DNA of 64,000 nucleotides from Acidimicrobiales bacterium (GCA_020629155.1 JAHDDW010000008.1:36175-100174); one strand, 5' to 3'; shown: positions 8,763-18,962, counted from the stretch's first letter. Translations and numbers: made by a program. The notes: a model not told the origin generated them from the sequence alone.

Positions 8763-10811
8763 TTAAATATCGAGGTCGTCGAGGTCTATGAGGGTTGAGT
8801 TGGAGATGATGTAGTCTCGTCTGTCGGCGACGTCGGTGCCCATAAGTGTTTCAAACAACGTTGCGGCTTGTATTGCTGCTTCGCCGTCGGCCATTGTCAT
8901 GCGTTTTAGTACACGAGTTTGTGGGTTCAACGTAGTTTCGGCTAGCTCTTCGACGTTCATCTCACCTAAACCTTTGAAGCGTTTCCATTTGTCCGAATCG
9001 ATCTTGTGTTTTTTCTCTAGTTCGTCGCGTTCGATCTCGTCGAATGCATAGATCATCTCGCCACGTTTTTTTGTTGCAAAAAGCGGTGGTTGAGCCGCAT
9101 AAACCATGCCGTTGGCAAGTAATGGGCGCAAGTGGTGATAGATCAGCGTGAGCAGCAAACAGCGAATGTGGCTTCCGTCAACATCAGCGTCGCACAAAAT
9201 AATTATTCGACCATAGCGTGAAGCTGAAACGTCGAAATCTTTCCCAGATCCGGCACCGATAGAGGTGATTAAGGCCTGTGCCTCGCTGTTATCAATCACT
9301 TGTTTCAGCGAAGCCTTACCGGCGTTAACGACTTTGCCTCGAAGGGGGAGCACTGCCATGTTCTCAGAGTTTCGCCCTTGCTTGGCTGGACCAGCTGCCG
9401 AAGCGCCCTCTACAATAAGCAGTTCACTATCGAGGCCGTGTAATCGACAATCAGCCAACTTGTCTGGCATGCTCATCGAGCTAAGGTTGGCGGCTTTACG
9501 ACGGGCATCTAACTGCTGTTTAGAAGTGACTCGTGCGATCACCGCTTGCGCCAGCTTGTCACGCAGCAAGTTGATTTGCTGCTTTTTGCCGCCGCCTCCA
9601 AGCCAGTTACTTACACCAGATTTGACGGCTTCATAGGTTATTTTTTGTATCGCAGGCGTGCCAAGCTCTTGTTTTGTTTGCCCTTTAAATTGCGGTTCTG
9701 GAAACGTCACCTTTATCGCTGCGACAAGCCCTTCGCTAATATCGCTGGGCGTGGCGCGATCTTTGCCTTGTTTTGCCAGTTTGCGTAGTTTTTTTGTTTC
9801 GCTCAGAAAGCCTTCGTTTAAAACGCGTGACAGTGCACGGTCGAATCCAGCGACGTGGGTGCCGCCTTCTTTGGTTGGAATGGTGTTCACAAACGAGACG
9901 ACTTGCGTGTCGTAGCCTTTCACCCAACGCAGCGCCACATCAACCGTGCAGCTGCGTTTCACCATCGTCATTTTGTTATCGACGGGAACTTTCTCTTCAA
10001 ATGAACCCGCATCGTCATGGATCGTAATGATGTCAGTTACAGGGTCGCCAACAGAAAGAAAGTCGACATAGTCAGCTAATCCGCCAGCAGCGACGAACTC
10101 CTCGGCTTTTTTGCCAGCGGTTCTTTTGTCATGCAGTTTAATATGTAGACCTGGCACCAAAAAGCAGACTCGGGTGACATGGTCGCGAACGGTTTGATAA
10201 TCAATTGTTGCCTCTGGATCAAAAATGTCTAAATCAGGCCAGAAACGAACCTTTGTGCCGCTTTGTTTCGCAGCAATCTTTTTGACGGTTGCAAGTTTTG
10301 AACTTGGTTTAAACTTGCCTGATTTCAGGTAGTTGCCAGCGATGCGGTCAAGAAAAACAAGTCGTGATATTTTGCCGTCTCGGCTCACGTCAGCAACAAG
10401 TTTCGACGCTAACGCATTTACAACAGAAGCACCAACGCCATGCAGCCCACCAGAAGAGCTATAGGCTCCAGAACCAAATTTGCCACCTGCGTGCAGCTCA
10501 GTGAAAACAACTTCTAATGCGCTACGCCCGTCAGGTTTTTTGTCAACAGGAATGCCTCGGCCGTCGTCTGTCACTTCGACCGAACCATCTTTATGTAGCG
10601 TCACATCGATATGTGACGCAAAACCTGCTGCGGCTTCATCAACTGAGTTGTCGATCAGCTCCCAGATAAGATGATGTAGCCCTTCCGAGCCTGTGCCGCC
10701 GATGTACATGCCGGGGCGTTTACGCACCGCATCGAGGCCTTCAATAATTTGAATCTGTTCGGCACCATAGTCCGTTTTTTTTGTTTTTGATTTGCCAGCC
10801 ATCATTACCAC
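8763..10811 (-). CDS. Type IIA DNA topoisomerase subunit B (actinobacterial topo IV-like / GyrB paralogue)
   Basis: EGLDAVRKRPGMYIG, ELIDNSVDE, DDGRGIP, HAGGKF, GGLHGVGASVVNAL, PLRGK, DADVDGSHI, RFKGLGEM. Confidence 0.93.
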   Translation of the reverse strand: MVMMAGKSKTKKTDYGAEQIQIIEGLDAVRKRPGMYIGGTGSEGLHHLIWELIDNSVDEAAAGFASHIDVTLHKDGSVEVTDDGRGIPVDKKPDGRSALEVVFTELHAGGKFGSGAYSSSGGLHGVGASVVNALASKLVADVSRDGKISRLVFLDRIAGNYLKSGKFKPSSKLATVKKIAAKQSGTKVRFWPDLDIFDPEATIDYQTVRDHVTRVCFLVPGLHIKLHDKRTAGKKAEEFVAAGGLADYVDFLSVGDPVTDIITIHDDAGSFEEKVPVDNKMTMVKRSCTVDVALRWVKGYDTQVVSFVNTIPTKEGGTHVAGFDRALSRVLNEGFLSETKKLRKLAKQGKDRATPSDISEGLVAAIKVTFPEPQFKGQTKQELGTPAIQKITYEAVKSGVSNWLGGGGKKQQINLLRDKLAQAVIARVTSKQQLDARRKAANLSSMSMPDKLADCRLHGLDSELLIVEGASAAGPAKQGRNSENMAVLPLRGKVVNAGKASLKQVIDNSEAQALITSIGAGSGKDFDVSASRYGRIIILCDADVDGSHIRCLLLTLIYHHLRPLLANGMVYAAQPPLFATKKRGEMIYAFDEIERDELEKKHKIDSDKWKRFKGLGEMNVEELAETTLNPQTRVLKRMTMADGEAAIQAATLFETLMGTDVADRRDYIISNSTLIDLDDLDI

Positions 10812-13237
10812 CTAATCGATCCGAGCGCCAAAATGCGGTGCTCTGTGGCTTTACTCGGCCCGTCACGTTTGGTGCCGCGCAGCTTCAACGGTTCGGGTTT
10901 GTTCGCAGGTCTCGACGGTGCGTCGCTTTGCCCGACAATACAAATTGCTCGATCTGGTGTTCCTATCCATGCCATGTCGATACGGCTTTCGTCTTTAAAT
11001 TTGGTTATCCTCACACCGCCTGTGCCGCGGCCTTTCACCGGGATTTCTTCAGGCGAGGTAGCTTTCGCAGTGCCCATGTCAGTCACGGTGACAATCAGGT
11101 GCGACGGGTCAGCCAATGCAGCAGTCAAAATTCTGTCGTTTCCTTTCAACGCGAAGAATGCAACGCCTTTTGCGCTCGCGCCTTGCACACTGATTGCATC
11201 CCACGGAGTGCGCAGTGCTTGGCCTTGTGCCGTCACCGCAACAACATGTTCTTGCTGGTCATTTGTTTCGATCGCAGCAACAAGCCGTTCGTCGTCGGCT
11301 AACTTCATTGCTGAACGACCCGCAGTCAGTGAACTAAGCGTTTCACGGGTAACCTGTTTTGCTTTACCTGCTGAAGACACAAAAACAAGCGTGCCGCCAG
11401 CAGGTGAACAGATTGTCACGATCGTTTCACCCTTATCAAGGGCGAAGGTGTCGCTGCTTGTTTTGCCTCGGCTGCGTCCGCCAACGTCTGCAATGTCGTG
11501 TGCAAGTGTCGAAAAAACACGTCCTTTAGAACTGATAGCGAGTATCTTTTGCGCGAGTGACGTAACAAGCGTTTGGCGTATCACATCATGGCGTGAAAGG
11601 GTGTAGCTGCGAGATTGGCCTTGCTGTTCACGGCCAATAAGCCCTGAGGCGGTCAGCGAAACAACGCAAGGGTCATCAGAAAGTTCAGCCAGCTGTATTT
11701 CTTCAAGCTGCTCAACTGTTTCGATATCGGCAGCTGAAATAATTTTACTACGACGAGGCTTGCCATATTTGTCGACGATTTCTTTCAGTTCTTTCAACAC
11801 GAGTGTACGCTGCCTAGCTTCTGACCCGAGAAGTTTCTCTAACGCTTCGATCGTTTTAACGAGCTCTTGTTTTTCGGCAGTAAGCTCATCATAAGCAAGC
11901 GCTGTTAATCGGCGGAGTTTCAACTCTAAAACATATTCAGCCTGGATTTTAGAGAGCCCTAACTCGTTCATCAAACGCTCGGAAGCTTCTGCCGAATTTT
12001 TTGACGAACGGATAATAGCAACAACGGTGTCAATATTGTCAATAGCTATCAGAAGACCTTCGATAATATGCAGCCGTTCTTGCGCTTTGTGAAGCCGATA
12101 CTGGCTGCGGCGAACTATAACGTCAAGGCGATGGTTGCAGTAATGCAAACACAGATCATAGAGACCAACAACGGTTGGCACGCCGTTAACAAGCACCACA
12201 TTGTTAAAACCGAATGATTCTTCTAGCGGCGTAAGTTTGTAGAGCTTCTCTAAAATAAGTTTCGGATTAACAGCGGTTTTGCATTCGATGAGTAGTTTCA
12301 ACCCCGATTTGCGATCCGACAGATTTTTGACATCGCTGATGCCGTTAATCTTACCGTTTTCGCGAAGCTGTTTTATTTTGGCGACAACGCGTTCAACGCC
12401 AACAAGATAGGGGAGTTCAGTTATCTCAATGCCCTTGCGAGCTTTGGTAACTTTCACAATGTCGGCTTTTGCGCGGACTTTAATAGAGCCCTTGCCTGTT
12501 TCATAGATCTCTTTTGCGTTGTCGATCACTACCTTGCCGCCAGAAGGGAAATCTGGCCCAGGTAACACAGCTAAAAGCTCTTCGGTCGTCGGTTTCGGGC
12601 GACGTTTATTCATCACAAGCTTTATTGCTTTATACACCTCAGGCAAGTTATGTGGCGCCATATTTGTTGCCATGCCGACCGCGATGCCAGAGGTGCCGTT
12701 GACTAGCAAGTTAGGTAACAGCGCAGGCAGGTAGCCTGGTTCTTGTGTTTCGCCGTCATAAGTTGCGCGCCAGTCGACTGTTTCTTCGTCTATTTCGCCG
12801 AGCAGGTCAAGCGCAGCTGGCGTGAGGCGACACTCGGTATAACGGTACGCAGCAGGTGGGTCGTCAAGGCTGCCAAAGTTTCCTTGCGGGTCAATCACCG
12901 TTACTTGTTTTGCAAAATCTTGGCCAAGACGAACGAGCGTGTCGTAGATAGCGCCGTCACCATGGGGGTGATACTTCGCCATGACATCGCCAACAACGTG
13001 CGCACATTTTCGATGCGGTTTCTCAGGCATTAGACGCATCTGACGCATCGAATAAAGAATGCGGCGTTGCACAGGCTTAAGCCCGTCACGGACATCAGGA
13101 ATCGCCCGAGAAGTAATAACTGATAAAGAATAGGCAAGAAAGGATTCGCCAAGTTCATCTTGAACAGGAGTGTCGATCACCTCTCTAGCAAAAGGAAGTA
13201 GCTCTCCTTGGGTTGCCATCTTTGGTAGTCCTTTCAT
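10805..13237 (-). CDS. Type IIA DNA topoisomerase subunit A (topo IV-like / GyrA paralogue)
   Basis: RAIPDVRDGLKPVQRRILY, YHPHGD, catalytic AAYRYTECR, NGTSGIAVGMATN, beta-pinwheel CTD without a canonical QRRGGKG GyrA-box. Confidence 0.93.
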   Translation of the reverse strand: MKGLPKMATQGELLPFAREVIDTPVQDELGESFLAYSLSVITSRAIPDVRDGLKPVQRRILYSMRQMRLMPEKPHRKCAHVVGDVMAKYHPHGDGAIYDTLVRLGQDFAKQVTVIDPQGNFGSLDDPPAAYRYTECRLTPAALDLLGEIDEETVDWRATYDGETQEPGYLPALLPNLLVNGTSGIAVGMATNMAPHNLPEVYKAIKLVMNKRRPKPTTEELLAVLPGPDFPSGGKVVIDNAKEIYETGKGSIKVRAKADIVKVTKARKGIEITELPYLVGVERVVAKIKQLRENGKINGISDVKNLSDRKSGLKLLIECKTAVNPKLILEKLYKLTPLEESFGFNNVVLVNGVPTVVGLYDLCLHYCNHRLDVIVRRSQYRLHKAQERLHIIEGLLIAIDNIDTVVAIIRSSKNSAEASERLMNELGLSKIQAEYVLELKLRRLTALAYDELTAEKQELVKTIEALEKLLGSEARQRTLVLKELKEIVDKYGKPRRSKIISAADIETVEQLEEIQLAELSDDPCVVSLTASGLIGREQQGQSRSYTLSRHDVIRQTLVTSLAQKILAISSKGRVFSTLAHDIADVGGRSRGKTSSDTFALDKGETIVTICSPAGGTLVFVSSAGKAKQVTRETLSSLTAGRSAMKLADDERLVAAIETNDQQEHVVAVTAQGQALRTPWDAISVQGASAKGVAFFALKGNDRILTAALADPSHLIVTVTDMGTAKATSPEEIPVKGRGTGGVRITKFKDESRIDMAWIGTPDRAICIVGQSDAPSRPANKPEPLKLRGTKRDGPSKATEHRILALGSIRW

Positions 13238-13294
13238 CGGCAGACGCAGTCGTGTCGCTGTATTCTATCGAATAGATCACACGTTCGGATGGCT

Positions 13295-13346
13295 AAAAAT
13301 GCAGCTACCGAACCATTCTGGACCCTCGCAAGAATGATTCGGTAGC
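13295..13346 (-). terminator. Probable intrinsic terminator between the small RHH-like gene and topoisomerase A
   Basis: Stem GCTACCGAA-CC-ATTCT / AGAAT-GA-TTCGGTAGC, followed on the minus strand by TGCATTTTT. Confidence 0.55.
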
Positions 13347-13389
13347 AGCGCGCTTTGTAGTGGCCTAGGCCACGAGTGAGTGTTTTGCT

Positions 13390-13626
13390 TTACCTGCGTC
13401 GACGTCGACGCTGTGCATCTATTTTACGAGCAGATTTAACAACAGTGTTTAATCTGGCTCCTAGCTCTTCGTGGCTAAGAGAATCGTCAAAGCTTAGCTC
13501 GGGAGCTAATGCTTCTAAAATAGCGCTGACGCTGACTCCTTGCTCGGCTGCGAAACCGTGCCAGTTGTCGTGAGCGTCGTCACTAACGTATGCGTGTAAA
13601 GCTTTTCGACCATTGTCTACAGACAT
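13390..13626 (-). CDS. Small protein, ribbon-helix-helix-like
   Basis: RKALHAYVS (strand), DDAHDNWHGFAAEQG (helix), VSVSAILEAL (helix); Arg-rich tail; AAAGGTGA RBS. Confidence 0.6.
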   Translation of the reverse strand: MSVDNGRKALHAYVSDDAHDNWHGFAAEQGVSVSAILEALAPELSFDDSLSHEELGARLNTVVKSARKIDAQRRRRRR

Positions 13627-13812
13627 GATAGGGTCACCTTTTTCTTTTTTGTTTGGCGGATGCTGAGTGGAGTAATTACCTCAGCGACAGTGACAGTAGC
13701 AAGCCTTGAAGAAGAACTCAAGTATAAACGAGATGAATCTTCGATACTGACGGTGCAGCGTGATTCTCTATGTTGAAGCGAGGGTCCGTTTTGCTGCTTC
13801 AACAGAGAGTTT

Positions 13813-14079
13813 TTAAGGCAACAAATGCGGAGCTTTCTCTTTCAAAATTTCTTGAATTTCTTTTATCGAAGGATTAACTCGGGCAGTGTCACCTATGCGC
13901 ACTGTTGGTACAACTTCGTTGCCATCAGCAACTGAACGCACATATGCTGCTGCTTCGGGATTTTCCCATATGTTATGTTTCGTTGTCGGTATTTTGCTTT
14001 TCTTAATAGCCTTTTCTAGCGAAGCGCAAAAAGGGCAGCCTGGTCTCCAAAAAACTTCGATTGCATCTAGCGTTGTCAT
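13813..14079 (-). CDS. Mycoredoxin / NrdH-like glutaredoxin
   Basis: FWRPGCPFC, NIWENPEAAAYVRSVADGNEVVPTV; start moved to ATG 14079, which follows GGAGA. Confidence 0.85.
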   Translation of the reverse strand: MTTLDAIEVFWRPGCPFCASLEKAIKKSKIPTTKHNIWENPEAAAYVRSVADGNEVVPTVRIGDTARVNPSIKEIQEILKEKAPHLLP

Positions 14080-14163
14080 AGGTTCTCCTAAAGAGTTGTT
14101 CTGAGAAGTAACAGCGTACCGCCTCAAAAAATTCATTAGCTAGTATGTTCGCCTAAGTCGAAG

Positions 14164-15276
14164 CTATACCTCAGGAAGCTCAGCAACAATATCTGGTAGA
14201 ACTTCAGCCGTATTGTCGTCATGATTGTCTTGTCCGACAACGCTATGGCGCTCTACGTATGCAGCAGCAAATGATTGAATAGTCGCTGTTAGTGGAATAG
14301 CAAGCACAGCGCCTGTAGCGCCGAGGAGCGAGCCGCCAGCAAGCACAGCGCCAAAGGCTATAGCAGGGTGCATGTCAAGCGTCTGGGCGGTAATACGAGG
14401 CTGTAAAATATAGTTCTCGACTTGTTGGTAGATGAGGACAGCGCCGATAATCCAAATAGCGTCAACAGGGTCGTTACCTAGAGCAACAAGCAACGGGAAA
14501 ACACCAGCGATATAGGTGCCGATAATCGGGACGAACTGCGATATTAGACCAACCCATAGAGCTAACGCTAATGACGAAGGCACACCGAGTGCAGCGAAAA
14601 CAATCCAGTGGAACGCTGATGATGCAATAGCAAGAATGAAACGTGAAGAAATATAGGCGCCTGTCTTGTTTATTGCTAACTCCCAAACTCTCAACAGCTC
14701 TGACTGTTTTGCAGGTGGAAGCAGTGAGCAAATAAACTGCCGCAATTTCGGTCCGTCAGCCGAGAAATAGAAAGCAAAAAGCGAGACTGTCAGCACTTGA
14801 AATAAGATGCCAACAGCAAGCGTGCTTATAGACAAAATGTTATCTGCAAGTGTCGTTACATACTGGTTAACGTTGCCTTCTTGAAACGCGTCTCGTATTC
14901 GTTGGCTATCAATTTCTAAATCGAAATTGTTGTTTAACCACACGTTGGCATCTTCTATATAATTTGGTAAATCTTTGCTAAGCTGTGTTAACTGTGTAGA
15001 AATTAGCGAGCCCATTGCTGCTAGAAAAGCAAGAATAAATGCTAAGACGCCAGCCATAGTTATGCCCGTCGCGGCACCTCTTTTGAGTCCTCGTTTCATT
15101 AGCTTAGCGACTGCTGGCTCCATAGCGAATGACAGAAATAACGCAAGCAGAAGTTGAATCAGTATGCTGCGAACTTGTCCAGCTGTTCGGTAGACAGTCC
15201 AAAGAAGTGCACCAGATCCCCAAAAGAATATGATTGATTTCTTGACCCAACTAGGTATTGTCGTTTTTTCAGTCAT
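14164..15276 (-). CDS. AI-2E family transporter
   Basis: Multi-TM protein with FVPIIG, YQQVENYILQPRI, MHPAIAFGAVLAGG, LAIPLTA. Confidence 0.88.
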   Translation of the reverse strand: MTEKTTIPSWVKKSIIFFWGSGALLWTVYRTAGQVRSILIQLLLALFLSFAMEPAVAKLMKRGLKRGAATGITMAGVLAFILAFLAAMGSLISTQLTQLSKDLPNYIEDANVWLNNNFDLEIDSQRIRDAFQEGNVNQYVTTLADNILSISTLAVGILFQVLTVSLFAFYFSADGPKLRQFICSLLPPAKQSELLRVWELAINKTGAYISSRFILAIASSAFHWIVFAALGVPSSLALALWVGLISQFVPIIGTYIAGVFPLLVALGNDPVDAIWIIGAVLIYQQVENYILQPRITAQTLDMHPAIAFGAVLAGGSLLGATGAVLAIPLTATIQSFAAAYVERHSVVGQDNHDDNTAEVLPDIVAELPEV

Positions 15277-15405
15277 AGATTCTAACCAGTGTATGCAACG
15301 TCGGCGTTGGGTATGGCAAAGTAATACTATCTTTATGAAGCGGCTGTAGCTGGTGTTGGTTCTGCGTTTCGATTGTGTTTAGCTCTTTTTACAGTAGTTT
15401 GAGAA

Positions 15406-16164
15406 CTAATTTAGGACAACAAAAACTAAAAGTATGGCTGCCAACAAACCAACAAAAAGCCATTCGATCCTGTTTCGTGTCGTCTGCTCTGACAGCAAAA
15501 AAGCTTCTGTCGCTAGTGTTTTGTCTTGAATAATAAGAAGTTGTTTTTCTATAGAACGTAATCGCTGTTGTTTTTTAGCAGCGATTTTTTTTGCAAGTAC
15601 GAGTTCTTTATTGAGCGAACTGTGAACATCTTGGAGTTTCTGAAAATCGTTTTGGCTCGCAAGAAGTTGTTTTTCTAAAGCATCAACGTCGATATCAACA
15701 AGTTCGATTGTTGATTCTTTACGCAAAATGCGTCCCCGGATCTTGCGGATCTTGATGCTAGATTCTGGGCTGATAGGAGATAAGATGCGTTCCATTCCTA
15801 ACACGGCTCTATCTATCAGATCAGGATCATCGGGCACAGCAAAGTGCGCCCACTTGTTGCGAATATCTATCAGATTACTGATAATTGGTCGTAGGTCTTG
15901 TTTAAAATGATCAGCGAATACTGGCCCCCAAAATCGACGCAGAACAAGAAGTTGAAAGAGCGGGTCAAGAGACCCATGCTCATTAGGTCGACCGAGTTTG
16001 TTGGCTGCGGTTTCTGTCCAAGAATCTTCGTTGAGATACGCTTGCATCCTTGTAGTTATAAATTTGTTAAGACCAGCGGCAAGTGTTTCAAAAGCAGCTG
16101 CAAGCTCAACATGGTGGCTTATCGCTTGATTTGTCTGATTGTTATGCTCTGCGGCCATCTGCAT
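15406..16164 (-). CDS. Swt1-like HEPN domain protein with coiled coil and C-terminal TM helix
   Basis: GLNKFI..W..DPLFQLLVLRRFWGPVF..IRNKWAH (Rx4H), heptad-rich middle region, hydrophobic C-terminal helix. Confidence 0.7.
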   Translation of the reverse strand: MQMAAEHNNQTNQAISHHVELAAAFETLAAGLNKFITTRMQAYLNEDSWTETAANKLGRPNEHGSLDPLFQLLVLRRFWGPVFADHFKQDLRPIISNLIDIRNKWAHFAVPDDPDLIDRAVLGMERILSPISPESSIKIRKIRGRILRKESTIELVDIDVDALEKQLLASQNDFQKLQDVHSSLNKELVLAKKIAAKKQQRLRSIEKQLLIIQDKTLATEAFLLSEQTTRNRIEWLFVGLLAAILLVFVVLN

Positions 16165-16371
16165 TCTCCTCTGTAGTTCTCTTCGGTAGAAAGAAAGAAA
16201 AAATCAGTAGTTCAGAGGATGTCTTTGCTCATCTGTTTTACTCAGTTTAGGCCCTTCTTTACAGAGCGCTATTAGATGGAACGTAGCGTTCGCGTATTTA
16301 GAAGAAGTGCTGTTAAAAGCAATTAACGGGCAAACCCTCAATGTCAGTGTCAAAACATCCGACATAGAGAT

Positions 16372-17973
16372 GTGAATGAAAACGCTAGCAAGTCTTTCCT
16401 ATTTAGCTTTTTTGGTGGCTTGCTTATAGGCTCCATAGCTGCAATATTTTTGAAAATGTTTTTTTCACTCTCAACAACTGCTTTCATGTATTTAATGATT
16501 TCGGTGGGGTTTACCTTAGTAGGTTCACTGGCAGGGCTGCTGATTTGGATAAATTCTACAAAAGACGATCATCAATCAATTGAGAAAGCCCAGCATGATG
16601 CCACTCATGATTCTTTAACTGGTCTTTTGAATCGAGCTGGGCTACTAGACGAACTTGAATTTTCAATACAGGAAGCTAGAGAAAACGAAATGGCGCTAGG
16701 CGTTTTGTTTCTAGACCTGAATAGGTTCAAAGTTATAAATGACTCTATGGGCCATGATGCAGGTGATGAACTGTTATGCATTGTTGCTGAACGACTTAAA
16801 AAAGCTGTGCGGAGCACAGATGTTGTGGCAAGATTCGGTGGCGACGAATTTATTGTTGTCAGCCGAGGCCTTCTATCAAAGAAATCTGTTGTATCAGTTG
16901 CAACACAGATTTTGAAAAGTTTCGCCGAGCCTGTGTCTCTTGCAGGTGGGAAGCAAATAGTTTCGACAAGTATCGGCGTTGCTATAACCGACCATCATGA
17001 CACAAGAGATGCACAAGAACTTTTGCGTGATGCAGACTCAGCTATGTTTGAAGCGAAAAGAAATAAGACGGGTCACGCTGTCTTTGATGATTCGCAAAGG
17101 CAAAAGAACATCAAGCGACTTGAAATAGAACAAGATTTAACAGCGGCGTTCGAAAAAGACGAATTTGTTGTTTTCTATCAACCGATTATTGATGTTATGA
17201 CGCGAGATATTTACGCATTTGAAGCGCTTGTTCGCTGGAATCATCCAACGCAAGGCTTGCTTATGCCAGGCGAATTTCTAGGTGTAGCCGAAGAAGTTGG
17301 CATGATGGGCAAGATCGGTGACTTAGTTCTACGTGAAGCTTGTGCTCAAGCATCGATTTGGAATCATCTTTCAGCTTCAGCGAGAAACGTCAAAATGAGT
17401 ATTAACGTTGCAGAGCAACAGTTAACAAACCCTGACTTTTTGGAAGATATTGTTTCTGTGTTGAGTTGGTCAGGTTTACATGCTGACCAACTTATTTTGG
17501 AGATCACCGAAGATGTTATGGTTGAACATCTTGACGGGTTAGATGCGTTGCGCCGCATAAAATCTCTGGGAGTGTCACTTGCTATCGACGATTTTGGCAC
17601 AGGGCAGTCGTCTCTTAGCTATATTAAAGAATTTGATATGGTGTCGACGTTAAAAATCGACCAAACCTTTGTGCGAGATATGAACTCTGAAGGCGCTGAT
17701 AGGGCCATTATCGAGGCAACTATTGCTATGGCCAGAGCGCTTGATATGTCTATAGTAGCCGAAGGTGTCGAGCATAAAGAACAGCTAGAAGCATTGCGGC
17801 AGCTTGGGGTGCATAAGATGCAGGGCTATTTTTTCAACAGGCCCGTTGCGGCTGAAGTCGTTGACCCGCAACGATGGTTTGGGCGAAATCAAGAAGAACC
17901 ACAAGAGCGAAGCATTGGCTTTAAACCCGTTGAGGTAAGCCATGGCTATGCGCAGCGCGGCGACGCGTCGTAA
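16372..17973 (+). CDS. Membrane-bound diguanylate cyclase / phosphodiesterase (GGDEF-EAL)
   Basis: Two N-terminal TMs, HDSLTGLLNR, RFGGDEF, YQPI..EALVRW, DDFGTG, AEGVE, QGY. Confidence 0.93.
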   Translation: MNENASKSFLFSFFGGLLIGSIAAIFLKMFFSLSTTAFMYLMISVGFTLVGSLAGLLIWINSTKDDHQSIEKAQHDATHDSLTGLLNRAGLLDELEFSIQEARENEMALGVLFLDLNRFKVINDSMGHDAGDELLCIVAERLKKAVRSTDVVARFGGDEFIVVSRGLLSKKSVVSVATQILKSFAEPVSLAGGKQIVSTSIGVAITDHHDTRDAQELLRDADSAMFEAKRNKTGHAVFDDSQRQKNIKRLEIEQDLTAAFEKDEFVVFYQPIIDVMTRDIYAFEALVRWNHPTQGLLMPGEFLGVAEEVGMMGKIGDLVLREACAQASIWNHLSASARNVKMSINVAEQQLTNPDFLEDIVSVLSWSGLHADQLILEITEDVMVEHLDGLDALRRIKSLGVSLAIDDFGTGQSSLSYIKEFDMVSTLKIDQTFVRDMNSEGADRAIIEATIAMARALDMSIVAEGVEHKEQLEALRQLGVHKMQGYFFNRPVAAEVVDPQRWFGRNQEEPQERSIGFKPVEVSHGYAQRGDAS

Positions 17974-18020
17974 AGGGTCCTAGATTTTAAGCACAATTCG
18001 ATACGGTAGCCTATAGATCT

Positions 18021-18962
18021 GTGGCGAAAGTTAGATCGTTTCTAGAGGGTCGTTTTTGGGTGGTGCTGTTCTTAGCAATGGCCGTTGCGTTGCTGTTTCC
18101 ACAGTTAGGCAAAAATTATTTGCATCTATTGCAGTACATAATGATGACGGTCTTATTCTTCGTGCTTCTGAAGGTCGATATCATCAGTATTTTGCGTAGC
18201 ATCCAAAATTGGTGGCTGACGCTTTATGTAGCAGCGATGAATCTGTTACTTGTGCCGCTTGGGTTTTATTTCGTTCTCGAATCTTTTAGCGCCGAATATG
18301 CATTGGCTATAGCGCTTATCGTCGCTGCGCCTGCTGGCATGGCATCAGCTACGTTGTCTGATTTGTTGCATGGAAATACTGCAATGGCTGCGGGTTTGAC
18401 GATTGTAACTTCGTTAGCAACCCCATTTACGCTTCCGCTTGTTGTCAGCATCGCTGCGCAAGAATCTGTTGAAGTTGGCATTGTCGAGATGATTGCATCG
18501 CTAGCTGTGACAGTTTTTGTGCCCATGGCTCTTGCCCAAGGTGTGAAGCGTTGGTTCGTGTCAGCAGCTACACGGTTGGAACGCAACGTTTCTTCTATCA
18601 ACGTGCTTTTGCTATTTGCTCTTGTCTATATTGCAGTGGCGGCACAGCAAAAACAGATCTTAGACGGTCTCAATCGTTTCATATGGCAGCTCGCAGTCAT
18701 GTTTATTGTCTATCTAGCGTTGCATGTCATAGGGTTTATCCTTATTCCTAACGCAAAGTTTGCTGACAAACTCAGTTCTGCTATCACTTTGGCATACACC
18801 AACATAGGCATTTCTATTATCGTTGCTTCTGAGTTTTTCTCTGCTGAGGTGCTTGTCCTTGTTGTGCTCTCAGAGATTCCTTGGGTCATGTGCCTCGGTC
18901 CATTCAAGGCAGCGATTAACTGGCATGCTTCTCGAAATGCTGTTGCGGCGACACACCACTAA
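18021..18962 (+). CDS. Bile acid:sodium symporter family transporter
   Basis: About 9-10 TMs, AAPAGMASATLSDLLHGN, TPFTLP. Confidence 0.75.
   Translation: MAKVRSFLEGRFWVVLFLAMAVALLFPQLGKNYLHLLQYIMMTVLFFVLLKVDIISILRSIQNWWLTLYVAAMNLLLVPLGFYFVLESFSAEYALAIALIVAAPAGMASATLSDLLHGNTAMAAGLTIVTSLATPFTLPLVVSIAAQESVEVGIVEMIASLAVTVFVPMALAQGVKRWFVSAATRLERNVSSINVLLLFALVYIAVAAQQKQILDGLNRFIWQLAVMFIVYLALHVIGFILIPNAKFADKLSSAITLAYTNIGISIIVASEFFSAEVLVLVVLSEIPWVMCLGPFKAAINWHASRNAVAATHH

Noticed and set aside
10781-11606. Long plus-strand ORFs (173 and 257 aa)
   Set aside because: Antisense to topoisomerase A, with no recognisable motifs. The same reasoning was applied to the other short antisense or nested ORFs in the track.
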